Origin: Abditibacteriaceae bacterium
GTDB taxonomy: Bacteria > Armatimonadota > Abditibacteriia > Abditibacteriales > Abditibacteriaceae
Length of the DNA stretch: 64,000 nt
Direction of reading: 5' to 3'
Assembly (NCBI GenBank): GCA_965277285.1
Contig: OZ255721.1
Coordinates: 672,001-736,000 of the forward strand
The position numbers and the translations under genes are program-made. Below are positions 9,038-19,362 of this stretch, piece by piece. Numbering within the stretch: the stretch's first letter is position 1; every line of letters begins with the position of its first letter. A model generated the notes under the pieces. That model did no database searches, was not told the DNA's origin, and saw only the letters and a program-made list of their open reading frames with translations.

Positions 9038-10320
9038 TATTTCACTTGAATCAATTCTTCCGTCAGTCGATGTTTCTGAGTTTGCGCGGCGGTCACGACT
9101 TCTTCGCGCGCCATAATATCGAGGTTTTGTGCGTTGTGACCTTTGTTGGCGTTCTGCTCGACCAGCAAACCTTCCACGCTCGAAACGCCTTCCAAGCCGC
9201 GCGACACGACGTTGTATAACGGATCACGCTCGACGGGTTCTCGTCCCGCTTCCAAAATCATTTCGACCAACTGGCGACTGGTCAAAACCTGTTTGCGGTC
9301 GCGGCTGGGGTCGCGGATAATTTCGTATTCCATGATGGTTCCGTCCACATCATCGGCGCCATACCAGAGGGCGCTTTGCGTAACCGGCGCCGTATTCATA
9401 ATCCAGAAACTTTTGATGTGCGGAAAGTTGTCCAGCATCAAACGCGCGACGGCGATTTCACGCAAATCTTCCACGCCTGTTGGCGGCGCAATATGTTCCA
9501 AAGCGGTTTTTTCGGGATGCCAACTCAGCGGAATCATCGTCAAGAAGCCGCCTCGAGTACTCGATAACGATTCGTCCTGCGTTTCGCGCAACTTGATGAA
9601 ATGCTCGACTTTTTCCGGCGTTTGCTCGACGTGACCATAAAGCAAAGTCGCGTTTGTTTTCAGTCCGGCGCGGTGCGCGATTTTCGCCAGTTCGAGCCAG
9701 CGTTCGGCGTTTGGCTTGGCGGCAAACAAATCTTCGTGAACGCGCTCGCTCATCACTTCGGCGCCGCCGCCCGGAAGCGCATCCAAACCGCAGGCTTTCA
9801 AATCTTCAAAAACTTCTTCGGCACTTTTCTTGGAGGCGCGCACGATTTGGTCGATTTCCACCATCGTGAACGCCTTGATATGCGCTTTAGGACGCGCTTC
9901 TTTGATGGCGCGCAACAATTCGAGGTAATAACTGTAAGGCAGTTTCGGGTTGACGCCGCCGACAACATGAATTTCTGTAATCGGCACATCGAGATAATTA
10001 GAGACTTTCTGCGCCGCTTGTTCGGGCGACATCACATAAGCGCGCGCGTCGTCTTTGGGCTTCGCGTAAAACGAGCAAAACAAACAGCCTTTGTTGCAAA
10101 CATTGGTGTAATTGACGTGCTGGTTGCGCACCCAATACGCGATGTTGCCGTTCAAACGCTCGCGCACAATGTTCGCCAGATAACCGACGACGTTTAGTTG
10201 CGGCGTCGCATAAAGTCGCAAGCCGTCCTCGAAACTCAAACGTTGTCGTTCGAGTACTCGATTGTGAATATCGCCCAAATTCGCCGCTTCAATCGCGCGC
10301 CGCCAGATCAGTGAAGTCAT
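9037..10320 (-). CDS. mqnE: Aminofutalosine synthase (radical SAM)
   Basis: HVNYTNVCNKGCLFCSFY, EIHVVGG, HIKAFTMVEI, DNFPHIKSFWIM, GADDVDGTI. Confidence 0.85.
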   Translation of the reverse strand: MTSLIWRRAIEAANLGDIHNRVLERQRLSFEDGLRLYATPQLNVVGYLANIVRERLNGNIAYWVRNQHVNYTNVCNKGCLFCSFYAKPKDDARAYVMSPEQAAQKVSNYLDVPITEIHVVGGVNPKLPYSYYLELLRAIKEARPKAHIKAFTMVEIDQIVRASKKSAEEVFEDLKACGLDALPGGGAEVMSERVHEDLFAAKPNAERWLELAKIAHRAGLKTNATLLYGHVEQTPEKVEHFIKLRETQDESLSSTRGGFLTMIPLSWHPEKTALEHIAPPTGVEDLREIAVARLMLDNFPHIKSFWIMNTAPVTQSALWYGADDVDGTIMEYEIIRDPSRDRKQVLTSRQLVEMILEAGREPVERDPLYNVVSRGLEGVSSVEGLLVEQNANKGHNAQNLDIMAREEVVTAAQTQKHRLTEELIQVK

Positions 10321-10466
10321 AAGATTTCCTTCGTCGTTCTCTCCATCTTACCACAGCAAACGAGTGGATTTGGCTTGCGTTGCGCTGTTCTGTGAAAATT
10401 TTCACAGAACTGTGATTAGTGTTGCATTCGCTTGTTAATGTTCCGAAATGCGGCGATGCTAAAACG

Positions 10467-11078
10467 ATGGGAACAGACATTCATGCTTTCATCGAGTTTG
10501 ACGATAATTTAACCAGTGAACCGTTTGCAGAAGGAAATTGGATCAGCAGCCTAAGTTGTGGCGAATTTTGCATTCAGCGGAACTATGATTTATTTGACGC
10601 TTTGGGAAATGGCAGAAACTACCACTTCAAAGAATCAGAAATACAACAACGAGCGTTGTATCCGCCGCGTGGTGTCCCCGCCAATTTAAGCGAGATCGTC
10701 ATTTCACGCTATTACCATCTGGTTGATGATAATCTGGGATTTGCAAATTCGCTTTTGCCTGTTTTGCCTTCTGTCACAGGCGAACAAGCGCGTCTTTGGG
10801 TGAAGCAAGGCGTGTCCCATTGTGGAAAGCCATTTATGACCGATAATCGAGGTAATGGAAGAAAATCCAAAGAAATAGAACGGCGGCGCGTGTCCGATCC
10901 AGCTTGGCATTCCGCGAGTTGGTTGACGCTGGCGGAGGTTTATGATTCTCTGGCTCATTTCAATTTGGAAGTCGCAAAATTGTCGGTCGATTTTCAAGTC
11001 ATCTTAGGAGCCATGAACGATTTAGCAACGCGACTTGGAGCGGAACGAGTTCATCTTGTCTTTTGGTTCGATAATTGA
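10467..11078 (+). CDS. Hypothetical protein (MGxDIH...RNYDLF...RG.P...VFWFDN type)
   Basis: Clean ORF with recognisable conserved termini; lower GC. Confidence 0.7.
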   Translation: MGTDIHAFIEFDDNLTSEPFAEGNWISSLSCGEFCIQRNYDLFDALGNGRNYHFKESEIQQRALYPPRGVPANLSEIVISRYYHLVDDNLGFANSLLPVLPSVTGEQARLWVKQGVSHCGKPFMTDNRGNGRKSKEIERRRVSDPAWHSASWLTLAEVYDSLAHFNLEVAKLSVDFQVILGAMNDLATRLGAERVHLVFWFDN

Positions 11079-11104
11079 ATTTAAGTGCTTCCTGCCAACA
11101 CCGC

Positions 11105-11542
11105 TCAACTTTCCAGAATCGCCAGCGCGCCGCGATATTTTTCTAATCGCTTGAAATCTTTTTCTGTTGGTTGCGCGATGCGACTGAGGTTCATGTTGTC
11201 GCGTAAATCGGCGATTTTGACTTCGCGCGCAATCGCGTTCTGCTTGATCATTGCGATGTAATTCGAGTACTCGATGTCGTCACTTTTGGTTAAAAGCGCG
11301 ATGGCTTCAATGACTTGCGGCGCGAAGTTCATCTGGCGCAAATCGTCTAAAGTAAAATTGCTATCTTCGACGACATCGTGCAAAACTCCGGCGATTTTGG
11401 CGTTGTCATCGCTGCAATTTGCCATGACGCGCAACGGATGTTCGATGTAATCGGCTCCGGCTTTGTCGGTTTGTCTGGCATGAGCGCGGCGCGCCAGAGC
11501 AATCGCGTCGTCCAAAGTCGCGTGTTCAATTTCAATCTTCAT
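11105..11542 (-). CDS. Small HD-domain phosphohydrolase (RelA/SpoT-HD-like)
   Basis: AH..QTDKAG.DYIEHPLRV, LHDVVED, VKIADL.DN. Confidence 0.88.
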   Translation of the reverse strand: MKIEIEHATLDDAIALARRAHARQTDKAGADYIEHPLRVMANCSDDNAKIAGVLHDVVEDSNFTLDDLRQMNFAPQVIEAIALLTKSDDIEYSNYIAMIKQNAIAREVKIADLRDNMNLSRIAQPTEKDFKRLEKYRGALAILES

Positions 11543-11831
11543 AATGGTTCTCCTCGCTGACCAGATCGTCGATTTGCTGCGCCAGCCAGAAATCTTTGTT
11601 GGTCAGGCCTTTTGCGTCGTGCGTGGTCAAAGTCAGCGCGACCTGGTTGTAGCGAATCAAAATGTCGGGATGATGTTCGTTTTGTTGCGCCAGTTCTGCC
11701 ACGCGATTAACGAAAATCATCGCATCGCCAAAATCGCGGAACATCCAGGCGCGACTGATGGTGTCGCCTTGGTGCGTCCATTCGGGAATATTTTCCAGCA
11801 GCAGCGGAACTTCTTTGGAAGAAATTTTCAT
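11532..11831 (-). CDS. phhB: Pterin-4-alpha-carbinolamine dehydratase
   Basis: FVNRVAELA...HHPDI...LTTHDAKGLT.KD. Confidence 0.9.
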   Translation of the reverse strand: MKISSKEVPLLLENIPEWTHQGDTISRAWMFRDFGDAMIFVNRVAELAQQNEHHPDILIRYNQVALTLTTHDAKGLTNKDFWLAQQIDDLVSEENHYED

Positions 11832-12028
11832 GTTGTCCTTAATTGATAAAAGCGCGATGTCGAAGCGATTCGCGGCTCAAGGTGCGGACGAATGACGCGC
11901 TTTCCAACAGTATAAATCGAGTACTCGAAGTGCGGCGTTGTGGTTTGGGAAATCGCCAACGAATGGCGCAGGCAACGTGCTAAAATAAGGCGCAACGTTG
12001 AACGCAATTTCCGTTAAGGATTGAAACT

Positions 12029-13543
12029 ATGTCTTATCTTCTCGGCATCGACATCGGCACCAGCGGTACCAAAGTGATTGCCATAGACGACGAGGGACAT
12101 CTGGCCGCCAGCGCGTCGCGCGAATATGCACTGCTGACGCCGAAACCGTTGTGGGCCGAGCAACATCCCGCCGATTGGTGGAATGCGACCTGCGAATGCT
12201 GCCGCGAAATCACCGCGAAAATTCCTGCCAGCGAAATCGTCGGCATCGGACTTTCGGGTCAAATGCACGGGCTTGTCGCGCTCGATGCACAAAACCAAGT
12301 GTTGCGTCCAGCGATTTTGTGGTGCGATGGCCGCACGCAGGAACAATGCGACTACATCACCGCCAAAGTCGGCCAAGACGTTTTGCTTGAGGAAACCTGC
12401 AATCCGGTTTTGGCGGGCTTTACGGCTCCCAAAATCATCTGGATGCGCGACCACGAGCCACAACTTTACGAACGCGCGCGGATGTTTCTCTTGCCCAAAG
12501 ACTACATTCGCTTTCAATTGACAGGCGAATTTGCGACCGAAGTTTCCGATGCGTCCGGCACATCTTTACTCAACGTTCCACGTCGCCAGTGGAGCAATCG
12601 AGTACTCGATGCGCTGCAAATCAACCGCGACAAGTTGCCGCTCGTGTATGAAAGCTGTGAAGTTAGCGCCCACATTTCGCGCGCGGGTAGCGAAGCCACA
12701 GGTTTGCAGGAAGGCACGCCAGTCGTCGGTGGCGGCGGCGATCAAGCGGCGGGCGCCGTCGGCAACGGCATCGTGCAAAGCGGCGTGATTTCCGTTGCGA
12801 CGGGAACCAGCGGCGTCGTTTTCGCGTTCGCCGATACGCCGAGCGTCGATCCGCAACTGCGCGTTCACACGTTTTGCCACGCGGTGCCCAATAAGTGGCA
12901 CGTCATGGGCGTGATGTTGGCGGCGGGCGGCAGTTTGCGCTGGTTCCGCGACACGCTGGGGCGTCCCGAAATGCGCGTCGCGGGACTGATGAAAGTCGAT
13001 CCTTACGAACTGATCGCGCGCGAGGCCGTGACGGTTCCGGCGGGCAGCGAAGGCTTAATCTTTCTGCCGTATCTGAGTGGCGAACGTACACCACATCCCG
13101 ATCCGCAGGCGCGCGGCGCGTGGATTGGTTTAACGTTGCGCCACACCAAAGCGCACATGGCGCGCGCCGTGATGGAAGGCGTCGCTTTCGGCTTGAAAGA
13201 CAGCCTGGAGATTTTGCGCAGCTTAAATGTTTCGATTGGCAACGTGCGCGCGAACGGCGGCGGCGCGCGCAGCGATGTCTGGCGGCAGATTCAAGCCGAT
13301 ATTTTCGATTTTCCGTTGTCTACAGTCGGCGTCGATGAAGGCCCGGGTTTGGGCGCGGCTCTTTTAGCGGGCGTTGGCGCAGGCGTTTATTCCAGTGTCG
13401 AAGAAGCCTGCTCGCACGTCGTAAAAGTCGTCGGTAGCACGCCCGTCATCCGCGAAAACGCCGAAGCCTATGCGCGTTATTACGAAGTTTATCGTGGCCT
13501 TTATCCAGCCTTGAAAGATTCCTTTGCCGCTTTGGGAAATTAA
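12029..13543 (+). CDS. xylB: Xylulokinase
   Basis: GIDIGTSGTK, IGLSGQMHGLV, RPAILWCDGR, GGGDQAAGA, FLPYLSGERTPH. Confidence 0.92.
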   Translation: MSYLLGIDIGTSGTKVIAIDDEGHLAASASREYALLTPKPLWAEQHPADWWNATCECCREITAKIPASEIVGIGLSGQMHGLVALDAQNQVLRPAILWCDGRTQEQCDYITAKVGQDVLLEETCNPVLAGFTAPKIIWMRDHEPQLYERARMFLLPKDYIRFQLTGEFATEVSDASGTSLLNVPRRQWSNRVLDALQINRDKLPLVYESCEVSAHISRAGSEATGLQEGTPVVGGGGDQAAGAVGNGIVQSGVISVATGTSGVVFAFADTPSVDPQLRVHTFCHAVPNKWHVMGVMLAAGGSLRWFRDTLGRPEMRVAGLMKVDPYELIAREAVTVPAGSEGLIFLPYLSGERTPHPDPQARGAWIGLTLRHTKAHMARAVMEGVAFGLKDSLEILRSLNVSIGNVRANGGGARSDVWRQIQADIFDFPLSTVGVDEGPGLGAALLAGVGAGVYSSVEEACSHVVKVVGSTPVIRENAEAYARYYEVYRGLYPALKDSFAALGN

Positions 13544-13629
13544 CCATGAAGGACGCGAAAAGAAGACATTCGAGTACTCGATTGCGCGGCGGCATGACCG
13601 AACCACGTTGTTGAACGGAGTAGAAGGCG

Positions 13630-14934
13630 ATGGAAATTGATAAAGCAGAAGAGAATGGTAATTGTTGTTCGCACTTGAAATCAGCGGACGCGTTTGGAAG
13701 TGTTTGCCCTCATATCTACGCTGAGCCTGATACAGGGTACAACATTTCTTTTACCGGGCACGACTTGCAATATGACCTGGTTTGCGGCGTGTGTTCGCGG
13801 AACAAGGAAACGGCGCCGGCAACTTTTACACGCCTGTGCGAAAACTGTTTTCAAGCCGTACAACAAGAGAAGGGCTTAGAAGAATGTATTAGCGGACGGC
13901 CGCAAATGCGCGAGCGAGCAAGTTCGCTGCGTTTCATTCATCGAGACGTTTCTTTTGGCGGTTGGAATGAGAAACTGCTTTGTATCCAGCCTGATGAATC
14001 CAGCAAAAGTTCGCGTTGGATTACTTTGTCCGTTGAAGGCAAGATTTTCTCGCTTGATTTCGATGACGAAAAAGCAGTTTTCTTGATGCAACTGCCAGGC
14101 GATTGTCTCGACTTGGATGAAGCAGTAAGTTTGCACCTTTCCGCAAGGTCTAATTTCGTGGCGGTAGTAAATAAAAAAGGCGGAAAGGGTTGCGTCATTC
14201 GTTTGGAAACAAAAAAGATTTCGATGCACTTGAAACGTGGTGATTGTCACAATGAGCCTGGCATTTTTCCAATCGCCTTTTTCGAGAATGACAACCGAAC
14301 TCTTTTAGTACATGGAACGGCATGGAATCGCCTGGATATTTCTGATCCGCTGACAGGCGAACTCCTGACGCAGCGAGAGTTACCGATTTTCGATAAGGAC
14401 GAACCGAGGCAAGAACATTATCTGGACTATTTTCATTGCGGATTAACCGTTTCACCAGACAACAAATGGATCGTCGATAATGGTTGGGTTTGGGCACCTG
14501 CTGGCGTGGTGCGGAGTTGGAATTTGGAAAAGTGGTTGTCTAACGTTTGGGAATCGGAAAATGGCCAAACTGTGCGAGAGTTGTGCGTCCGCGATTATTT
14601 CTGGGATGGCCCGCTCTGTTGGATAGACAATCAAACCTTGGCGGTCTGGGGTTTTGGGCGCGACGACGAGTATCTAATTCCAGCGATCTTATTATTCGAT
14701 GTCGTCTCAGGCAAAAGAATCCAATGGTTTGCTGGGCCACGCGGCGAACTAACATTTGACAAATACCTTTTTTCGTCTTCGCAGGAACACGGAACTTCGA
14801 TTTGGGACATCGCAACGGGTGAAAGACTGCACCACGAAGCGGCGTTCAGTTTCCTCGCTTACCATCGAAACGCGCGGCAATTTGTCACCTATCGTTCCCT
14901 TGGACAATTCCAAATTAGTCATTTAAGTGAGTAA
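13630..14934 (+). CDS. Hypothetical protein, probable beta-propeller with Cys-rich N-terminus
   Basis: 434-aa ORF with WD-like strands; atypical composition. Confidence 0.7.
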   Translation: MEIDKAEENGNCCSHLKSADAFGSVCPHIYAEPDTGYNISFTGHDLQYDLVCGVCSRNKETAPATFTRLCENCFQAVQQEKGLEECISGRPQMRERASSLRFIHRDVSFGGWNEKLLCIQPDESSKSSRWITLSVEGKIFSLDFDDEKAVFLMQLPGDCLDLDEAVSLHLSARSNFVAVVNKKGGKGCVIRLETKKISMHLKRGDCHNEPGIFPIAFFENDNRTLLVHGTAWNRLDISDPLTGELLTQRELPIFDKDEPRQEHYLDYFHCGLTVSPDNKWIVDNGWVWAPAGVVRSWNLEKWLSNVWESENGQTVRELCVRDYFWDGPLCWIDNQTLAVWGFGRDDEYLIPAILLFDVVSGKRIQWFAGPRGELTFDKYLFSSSQEHGTSIWDIATGERLHHEAAFSFLAYHRNARQFVTYRSLGQFQISHLSE

Positions 14935-14936
14935 CT

Positions 14937-15440
14937 ATGAGCAAACACGAATTGCCACATCACGAACTGATAGCGCGCGGCGTCATCATCCAGAACAACG
15001 CGATTTTGGTCAATCGCAACACGAACACGAAGACTGGCGAGAGTTACTGCGCGCTTCCGGGCGGCCACGTTGATGAAGGCGAAAGTTGTCCGCAAGCCTT
15101 TTGCCGCGAAATCGAGGAAGAACTGGGCGCGACTGCCGAAGCCAACGATTTATGTTTTGTGGCTGAAAGCGTGTACGCCGGTCGCCACGATTGGGACGGC
15201 AAGCGCCAGGAAGTCGTGCTTTATTTTTGGGCGAAATTGACCAGCGAACTGCGCGAAGAAAATGGCCAAATCCTCAGCCCGGAAAGTGACAAGAACTTCG
15301 TCTGGCTGCCGCTCTCGCAGTTGGAAGCAACCAATTTACTGCCCAAATCGTTCAAAACCTGGCTGATAAAAAAGTTGGATATTGACGCGCCTTCGAGCAA
15401 CCTTCCTTTGTATGACTTCCACGATTCCACGCGCGCCTGA
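14937..15440 (+). CDS. NUDIX hydrolase
   Basis: Nudix box LPGGHVDEGESCPQAFCREIEEELG. Confidence 0.9.
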   Translation: MSKHELPHHELIARGVIIQNNAILVNRNTNTKTGESYCALPGGHVDEGESCPQAFCREIEEELGATAEANDLCFVAESVYAGRHDWDGKRQEVVLYFWAKLTSELREENGQILSPESDKNFVWLPLSQLEATNLLPKSFKTWLIKKLDIDAPSSNLPLYDFHDSTRA

Positions 15441-16140
15441 AACTTCCGAAACGTTCAATCGAGTACTCGACTCGCCTTTGATTCAGTTGCGCGAGGTGAC
15501 AAAAACGTATTCTGTCGAAGGCCGCGAAGTGCAAGCCTTAAAAGGCGTCGATTTACAAGTTGCGCGCGGCGAGTTCCTAGCGCTGGTTGGGCGCAGCGGT
15601 TGTGGAAAAAGCACTTTGCTCAATTTGCTGGGCGGCTTGGACAAACCAACGTCCGGCAAAGTTTTGGTGAGCGACAAAAACCTCGCTACGATGAACGATA
15701 CGCAATTGACGCGTTATCGCCGCGAAACCGTCGGCATCGTGTTTCAGTTTTTCAACTTGATGCCGCTCTTGACGACATTGGAAAACGCGGTTTTACCGGC
15801 GCTTCTGGCCGGCAAAAACAAGCGCCAAAGTCTCGAACATGCGCGCCAACTGCTTGACAAAGTCGGCTTGTCGCATCGCATCGAACAGCAGGTTTCCTTG
15901 CTTTCCGGCGGCGAAATGCAACGTGTCGCGCTCGCTCGCGCGCTGATTAACGATCCCGAACTGATTTTGGCAGACGAACCGACCGGCAATCTCGATTCTC
16001 GTAGCGCCGAACCAGTTCTGAACGCCCTCCGCGACCTGGCGCAAAGTGGCAAAACCGTCGTCATGGTGACGCATTCGCGCGAAGCCGCCACCGCCGGAAC
16101 GCTCGTCCGCGAAATGCGCGACGGTTCTTTTATAGATTGA
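15412..16140 (+). CDS. ABC transporter ATP-binding protein (LolD/MacB-like)
   Basis: [35 protein letters not shown]; start approximate. Confidence 0.92.
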   Translation: MTSTIPRAPETSETFNRVLDSPLIQLREVTKTYSVEGREVQALKGVDLQVARGEFLALVGRSGCGKSTLLNLLGGLDKPTSGKVLVSDKNLATMNDTQLTRYRRETVGIVFQFFNLMPLLTTLENAVLPALLAGKNKRQSLEHARQLLDKVGLSHRIEQQVSLLSGGEMQRVALARALINDPELILADEPTGNLDSRSAEPVLNALRDLAQSGKTVVMVTHSREAATAGTLVREMRDGSFID

Positions 16141-16282
16141 CCGCGAAGAGCGCGAAGGGAAAAAGAGGAAAGGGATGATCTGTACAGGCGATTCGGCGAA
16201 TCGCCCGTGCGTTGCGCTACCAAGTACGCGATATTTATCAATCTCTTCTTTTCCCTTCGCACTCTTTGCGTCCTTCGCGGTG
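16140..16282. repeat. Imperfect inverted-repeat element enclosing a GTAC-type REP-like hairpin
   Basis: ACCGCGAAGAGCGCGAAGGG ... CCCTTCGCACTCTTTGCGTCCTTCGCGGT; inner GTACAGGCGATTCGGCGAATCGCCCGTGC at 16182-16210. Confidence 0.55.
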
Positions 16283-16284
16283 AT

Positions 16285-16863
16285 TCAATCGAGTACTCGA
16301 ACCGCAATCGCGCCGCATTTGGCGCACACAGCCGCCGGTGTCGTAAAGGTTGCTACAACGCCGCATTTGCCGCAGCGCGATTCCCATTGCGCTTTGCGGC
16401 GCGGTTTATGAGCAGGCATCTTCGATGTCGTGTTGGCGGCGCGCGCCAGTCGCTGCACGATGTCGTCGTCCGGCGTCATTAATTGGCGCAATTTTTCGCG
16501 CTGTTGCGCCGTTTTGCGCGCCTTTTTCTCGACTGTTGGAATCGGCGCCACGACTTTGCGTTCTTTGCGCGGGCCACTATATTTATCGGCGAAATCTGCT
16601 GGCACGCGCGAACGCTTGGCCTTGGGTAATGAAGCTGTAATCGCGTCACTCCTGGCTGGAGTCGGGGCAGGTTTCGCGGCTGACGATGAGTGGCGGACAG
16701 GTTTTTGTGCTGCGTCTACTTTCGCCACAACCTTCGGCTCGGGCGCGATTTCCTTTTTAGCGCGCGTCGGCTTGACTAACGAAGAAGACGTTTTGGCGAG
16801 CGTTGTGCGGCTGGTTTTTGATGTGAGAGGCGACGCGGGCAGAGAACGGGAAGAAGCGGACAT
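16285..16863 (-). CDS. Basic low-complexity protein with C-terminal zinc ribbon
   Basis: K/R/A/P/S-rich; CGKC-x10-CAKC at the C-terminus. Confidence 0.65.
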   Translation of the reverse strand: MSASSRSLPASPLTSKTSRTTLAKTSSSLVKPTRAKKEIAPEPKVVAKVDAAQKPVRHSSSAAKPAPTPARSDAITASLPKAKRSRVPADFADKYSGPRKERKVVAPIPTVEKKARKTAQQREKLRQLMTPDDDIVQRLARAANTTSKMPAHKPRRKAQWESRCGKCGVVATFTTPAAVCAKCGAIAVRVLD

Positions 16864-16961
16864 ATCGAGTACTCACTTAAGGAGATGGGTTCATTGATGC
16901 GAGTGAAAGCAATGGGATTGTAGCGCAGAAAATGGTATTTATCAAGGGGATAAAGCAGAAA

Positions 16962-17654
16962 ATGCCGGCTGAAAGTTATTGTTATCTCGCAATTTTTGCG
17001 CGCGCGCCTGAAGTTGGAAAGGTCAAGACGCGCTTGGCGAAAACGTTGGGTGACGAAGCCGCCGTCGAACTTTACGGCGCGATGTTAGGTGATGTTTTAA
17101 CGGGCGCACAAAATGTGGCATCTCAAATGAACAACACGCAAGTCGTGGTTTTCTATACGCCGGAAGACGCTTTTGCTCGTGCAGAAAACTCGCTGCGACT
17201 TTTCTGGAATGGCGCGAATTTTCCGCAAAGCGACGGCGATTTGGGCGAAAAGTTGTTCGGTTGCTTCGATCAGTTGCGTAAAAGCGGCGCTCGAAAAATT
17301 GTCGTCATTGGCTCGGATGCGCCCGATTTGCCCATGCGTTTTTTGGTGCAAGCGTTTGCGGAATTGGAATCGCACGATTTGATTTTTGGCCCGGCGCAGG
17401 ACGGCGGATTTTATTTGATGGGCGCATCGTGCGAAGTTCCTCATCAAATGTTTAATGGCGTGCACTGGAGCAATTTGCGTACTCTCAACGACGTTTTGAA
17501 AAACGTTAAAAGTGCATCGGTGAAAATTCTGCCGATGTGGCGCGATGTGGACGACGAAGACGATTTTCGAGCTTTACGCGAACGCTTGAAAACTGGCGCA
17601 AGCGCCGCGCCACAAACGTATCGAGTACTCGAACGTTTGTTCAATGAGAAATAA
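16962..17654 (+). CDS. DUF2064 / TIGR04282 nucleotidyltransferase-like protein
   Basis: IFARAPEVGKVKTRLA, QSDGDLGEKL, IGSDAPDL, GPAQDGGFYL, WRDVDD. Confidence 0.85.
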   Translation: MPAESYCYLAIFARAPEVGKVKTRLAKTLGDEAAVELYGAMLGDVLTGAQNVASQMNNTQVVVFYTPEDAFARAENSLRLFWNGANFPQSDGDLGEKLFGCFDQLRKSGARKIVVIGSDAPDLPMRFLVQAFAELESHDLIFGPAQDGGFYLMGASCEVPHQMFNGVHWSNLRTLNDVLKNVKSASVKILPMWRDVDDEDDFRALRERLKTGASAAPQTYRVLERLFNEK

Positions 17655-17686
17655 AAAGGGAAACGCAAACTTCTGCGTTTCCTTTT
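17653..17686. terminator. Bidirectional intrinsic terminator
   Basis: AAAAAGGGAAACGCA-loop-TGCGTTTCCTTTT between convergent genes. Confidence 0.65.
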
Positions 17687-17703
17687 GTTCTTTTCGCAAC
17701 ATC

Positions 17704-18453
17704 TTACTGCGGAATATTGGGAATTGGCGGATACAGGTTCGCGTTGTTGTTGAAGGTGTTGGCTCCACCGCCGAAGAAATCGTTATAAACGATGGCGAGA
17801 GCGACGATGGAGATCGGCCACGTCACGAGAAGTCCGACGCCGCACAGCAAGGCGCCAACCAGGTTGACGATGCCGAGAGCAAAGGAAAAAAGAAACGCGC
17901 TTCCCCAATGCGGTTTAAGGGCATTCCAACTCCGCTTGAAACCATCTACGGCGCCTACGCGCTGATCGGCAACGATGATTGGAACAAAAAGTAACAGCGG
18001 CGCCATGTATATACCCGGTAGAATGCACAGCAAAAATCCAAGACCTACGGCAAGCGGAACCAAAATGCCGCTACCCAGCAATGCTGGCAAAACATCGGTG
18101 GCGCTGAAAATGTCACCCGGACTGGCGGTTTGTCCGCGCAATTCTTTCAGCGCCATGCGATACAAGCCGCCCATCAACAAGCTACTAACGGCAAAAGAAA
18201 GAAGAGACAACATCAAGCTGACGGCAGGCGAACCGCCGGTTGTGCCTTGGGCTGTGCGATGCGGCTCCACCATGTTTTGCAGGACGACGATGACGCCAGT
18301 GATAGCGAGGTAGATCAAAGCCGCGACGATCCACGTCACCAAATTCTTCTGCACGATGCCCCACGCTTGGTTGATGGCATCCAGCCGCAGCCCGCTGGGA
18401 CTGCCTCCACTGAAGCCGGGACTTCCTCCGCTGTAACCTGACGACATTGACAT
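17704..18453 (-). CDS. Integral membrane protein (GLLLCILPG-type family)
   Basis: Multiple TM helices; GFLLCILPGIY and GALLCGVGLLVT; AGGAG RBS. Confidence 0.8.
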   Translation of the reverse strand: MSMSSGYSGGSPGFSGGSPSGLRLDAINQAWGIVQKNLVTWIVAALIYLAITGVIVVLQNMVEPHRTAQGTTGGSPAVSLMLSLLSFAVSSLLMGGLYRMALKELRGQTASPGDIFSATDVLPALLGSGILVPLAVGLGFLLCILPGIYMAPLLLFVPIIVADQRVGAVDGFKRSWNALKPHWGSAFLFSFALGIVNLVGALLCGVGLLVTWPISIVALAIVYNDFFGGGANTFNNNANLYPPIPNIPQ

Positions 18454-18615
18454 ACGTTCTCCTTTTTTGTACTGCAATGAATTGAACGACGTCCAGCTTT
18501 GCGATGTTGTATACGTCACAGCTCATCCGCGCACGATTATAACACGTCCTCAAGCGCAACGGTTTAATCGAAATTTAAAATGTTGTGGCCTTCAAAGTCA
18601 AACTGGCAACGGCCA

Positions 18616-19026
18616 TCAACCCGCCAATCGCACTATCCAGACAACTATTACCAGCAGCGAAACCGGCCAGAAAATCTTGCGGCTCGAAGGGAAAACAAAC
18701 GTTGTCAACGAAATATGAAATCGCCAACGCTTCGCCGCCCATTGAACCATTGTTCGAGTACTCGATAAAGCCAAGAATGCGAACAAAAGCGGCCCCAACA
18801 AATGATAATGCCACGCCGCGTTCCATTGCCCGTGCGCGCAACACGACAAAGAACGCGTCAGGCCGCAAAACGGGCAGGGCAAACCCGTCAAATGCAGAAA
18901 AGGGCAAAACGATGGCAAACCCGCAATGCGATTGTTCTGCGGCAACGGCAAAACAAACGTTGTCGCTAACGCGCACAAAGCAAGAGGAAACGTTTTGGAA
19001 GTTGAAATCGAAGAAGCCGCGCGCAT
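18616..19026 (-). CDS. DUF2752 family membrane protein
   Basis: CPFLHLTGLPCPFCGLTRS motif; start approximate. Confidence 0.8.
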   Translation of the reverse strand: MRAASSISTSKTFPLALCALATTFVLPLPQNNRIAGLPSFCPFLHLTGLPCPFCGLTRSLSCCAHGQWNAAWHYHLLGPLLFAFLALSSTRTMVQWAAKRWRFHISLTTFVFPSSRKIFWPVSLLVIVVWIVRLAG

Positions 19027-19362
19027 GATTTTGGTGGAAAGAAAACGTTGCAACGGCTCAATCGCCGCCTTATAATATCGGGAGAACGCGCGCCGCGACT
19101 TTGGCGCGCTCTTCGCTGGAGCCGATGAATGCAGTTTACCTTCTGAACGTTTCGCCCTTCGCTCGTTCGTCTGCGATTTCCGCGCGTCGGATTTTTGTTC
19201 GTCAAATTGCGGTCGCAACTTTCCTTGTAATCTTCTCCTTTGTCATTTTTATGTCCACCGTTTCCGCTTCTTCGCGCGGGAACGGTTTTGTTTTGCCCGA
19301 ACCTTGTGGCTGCGTCCGTCGTGGCGCAGCAAATTGGCGCAGTTTTTACGCCTTGTTTCCTT

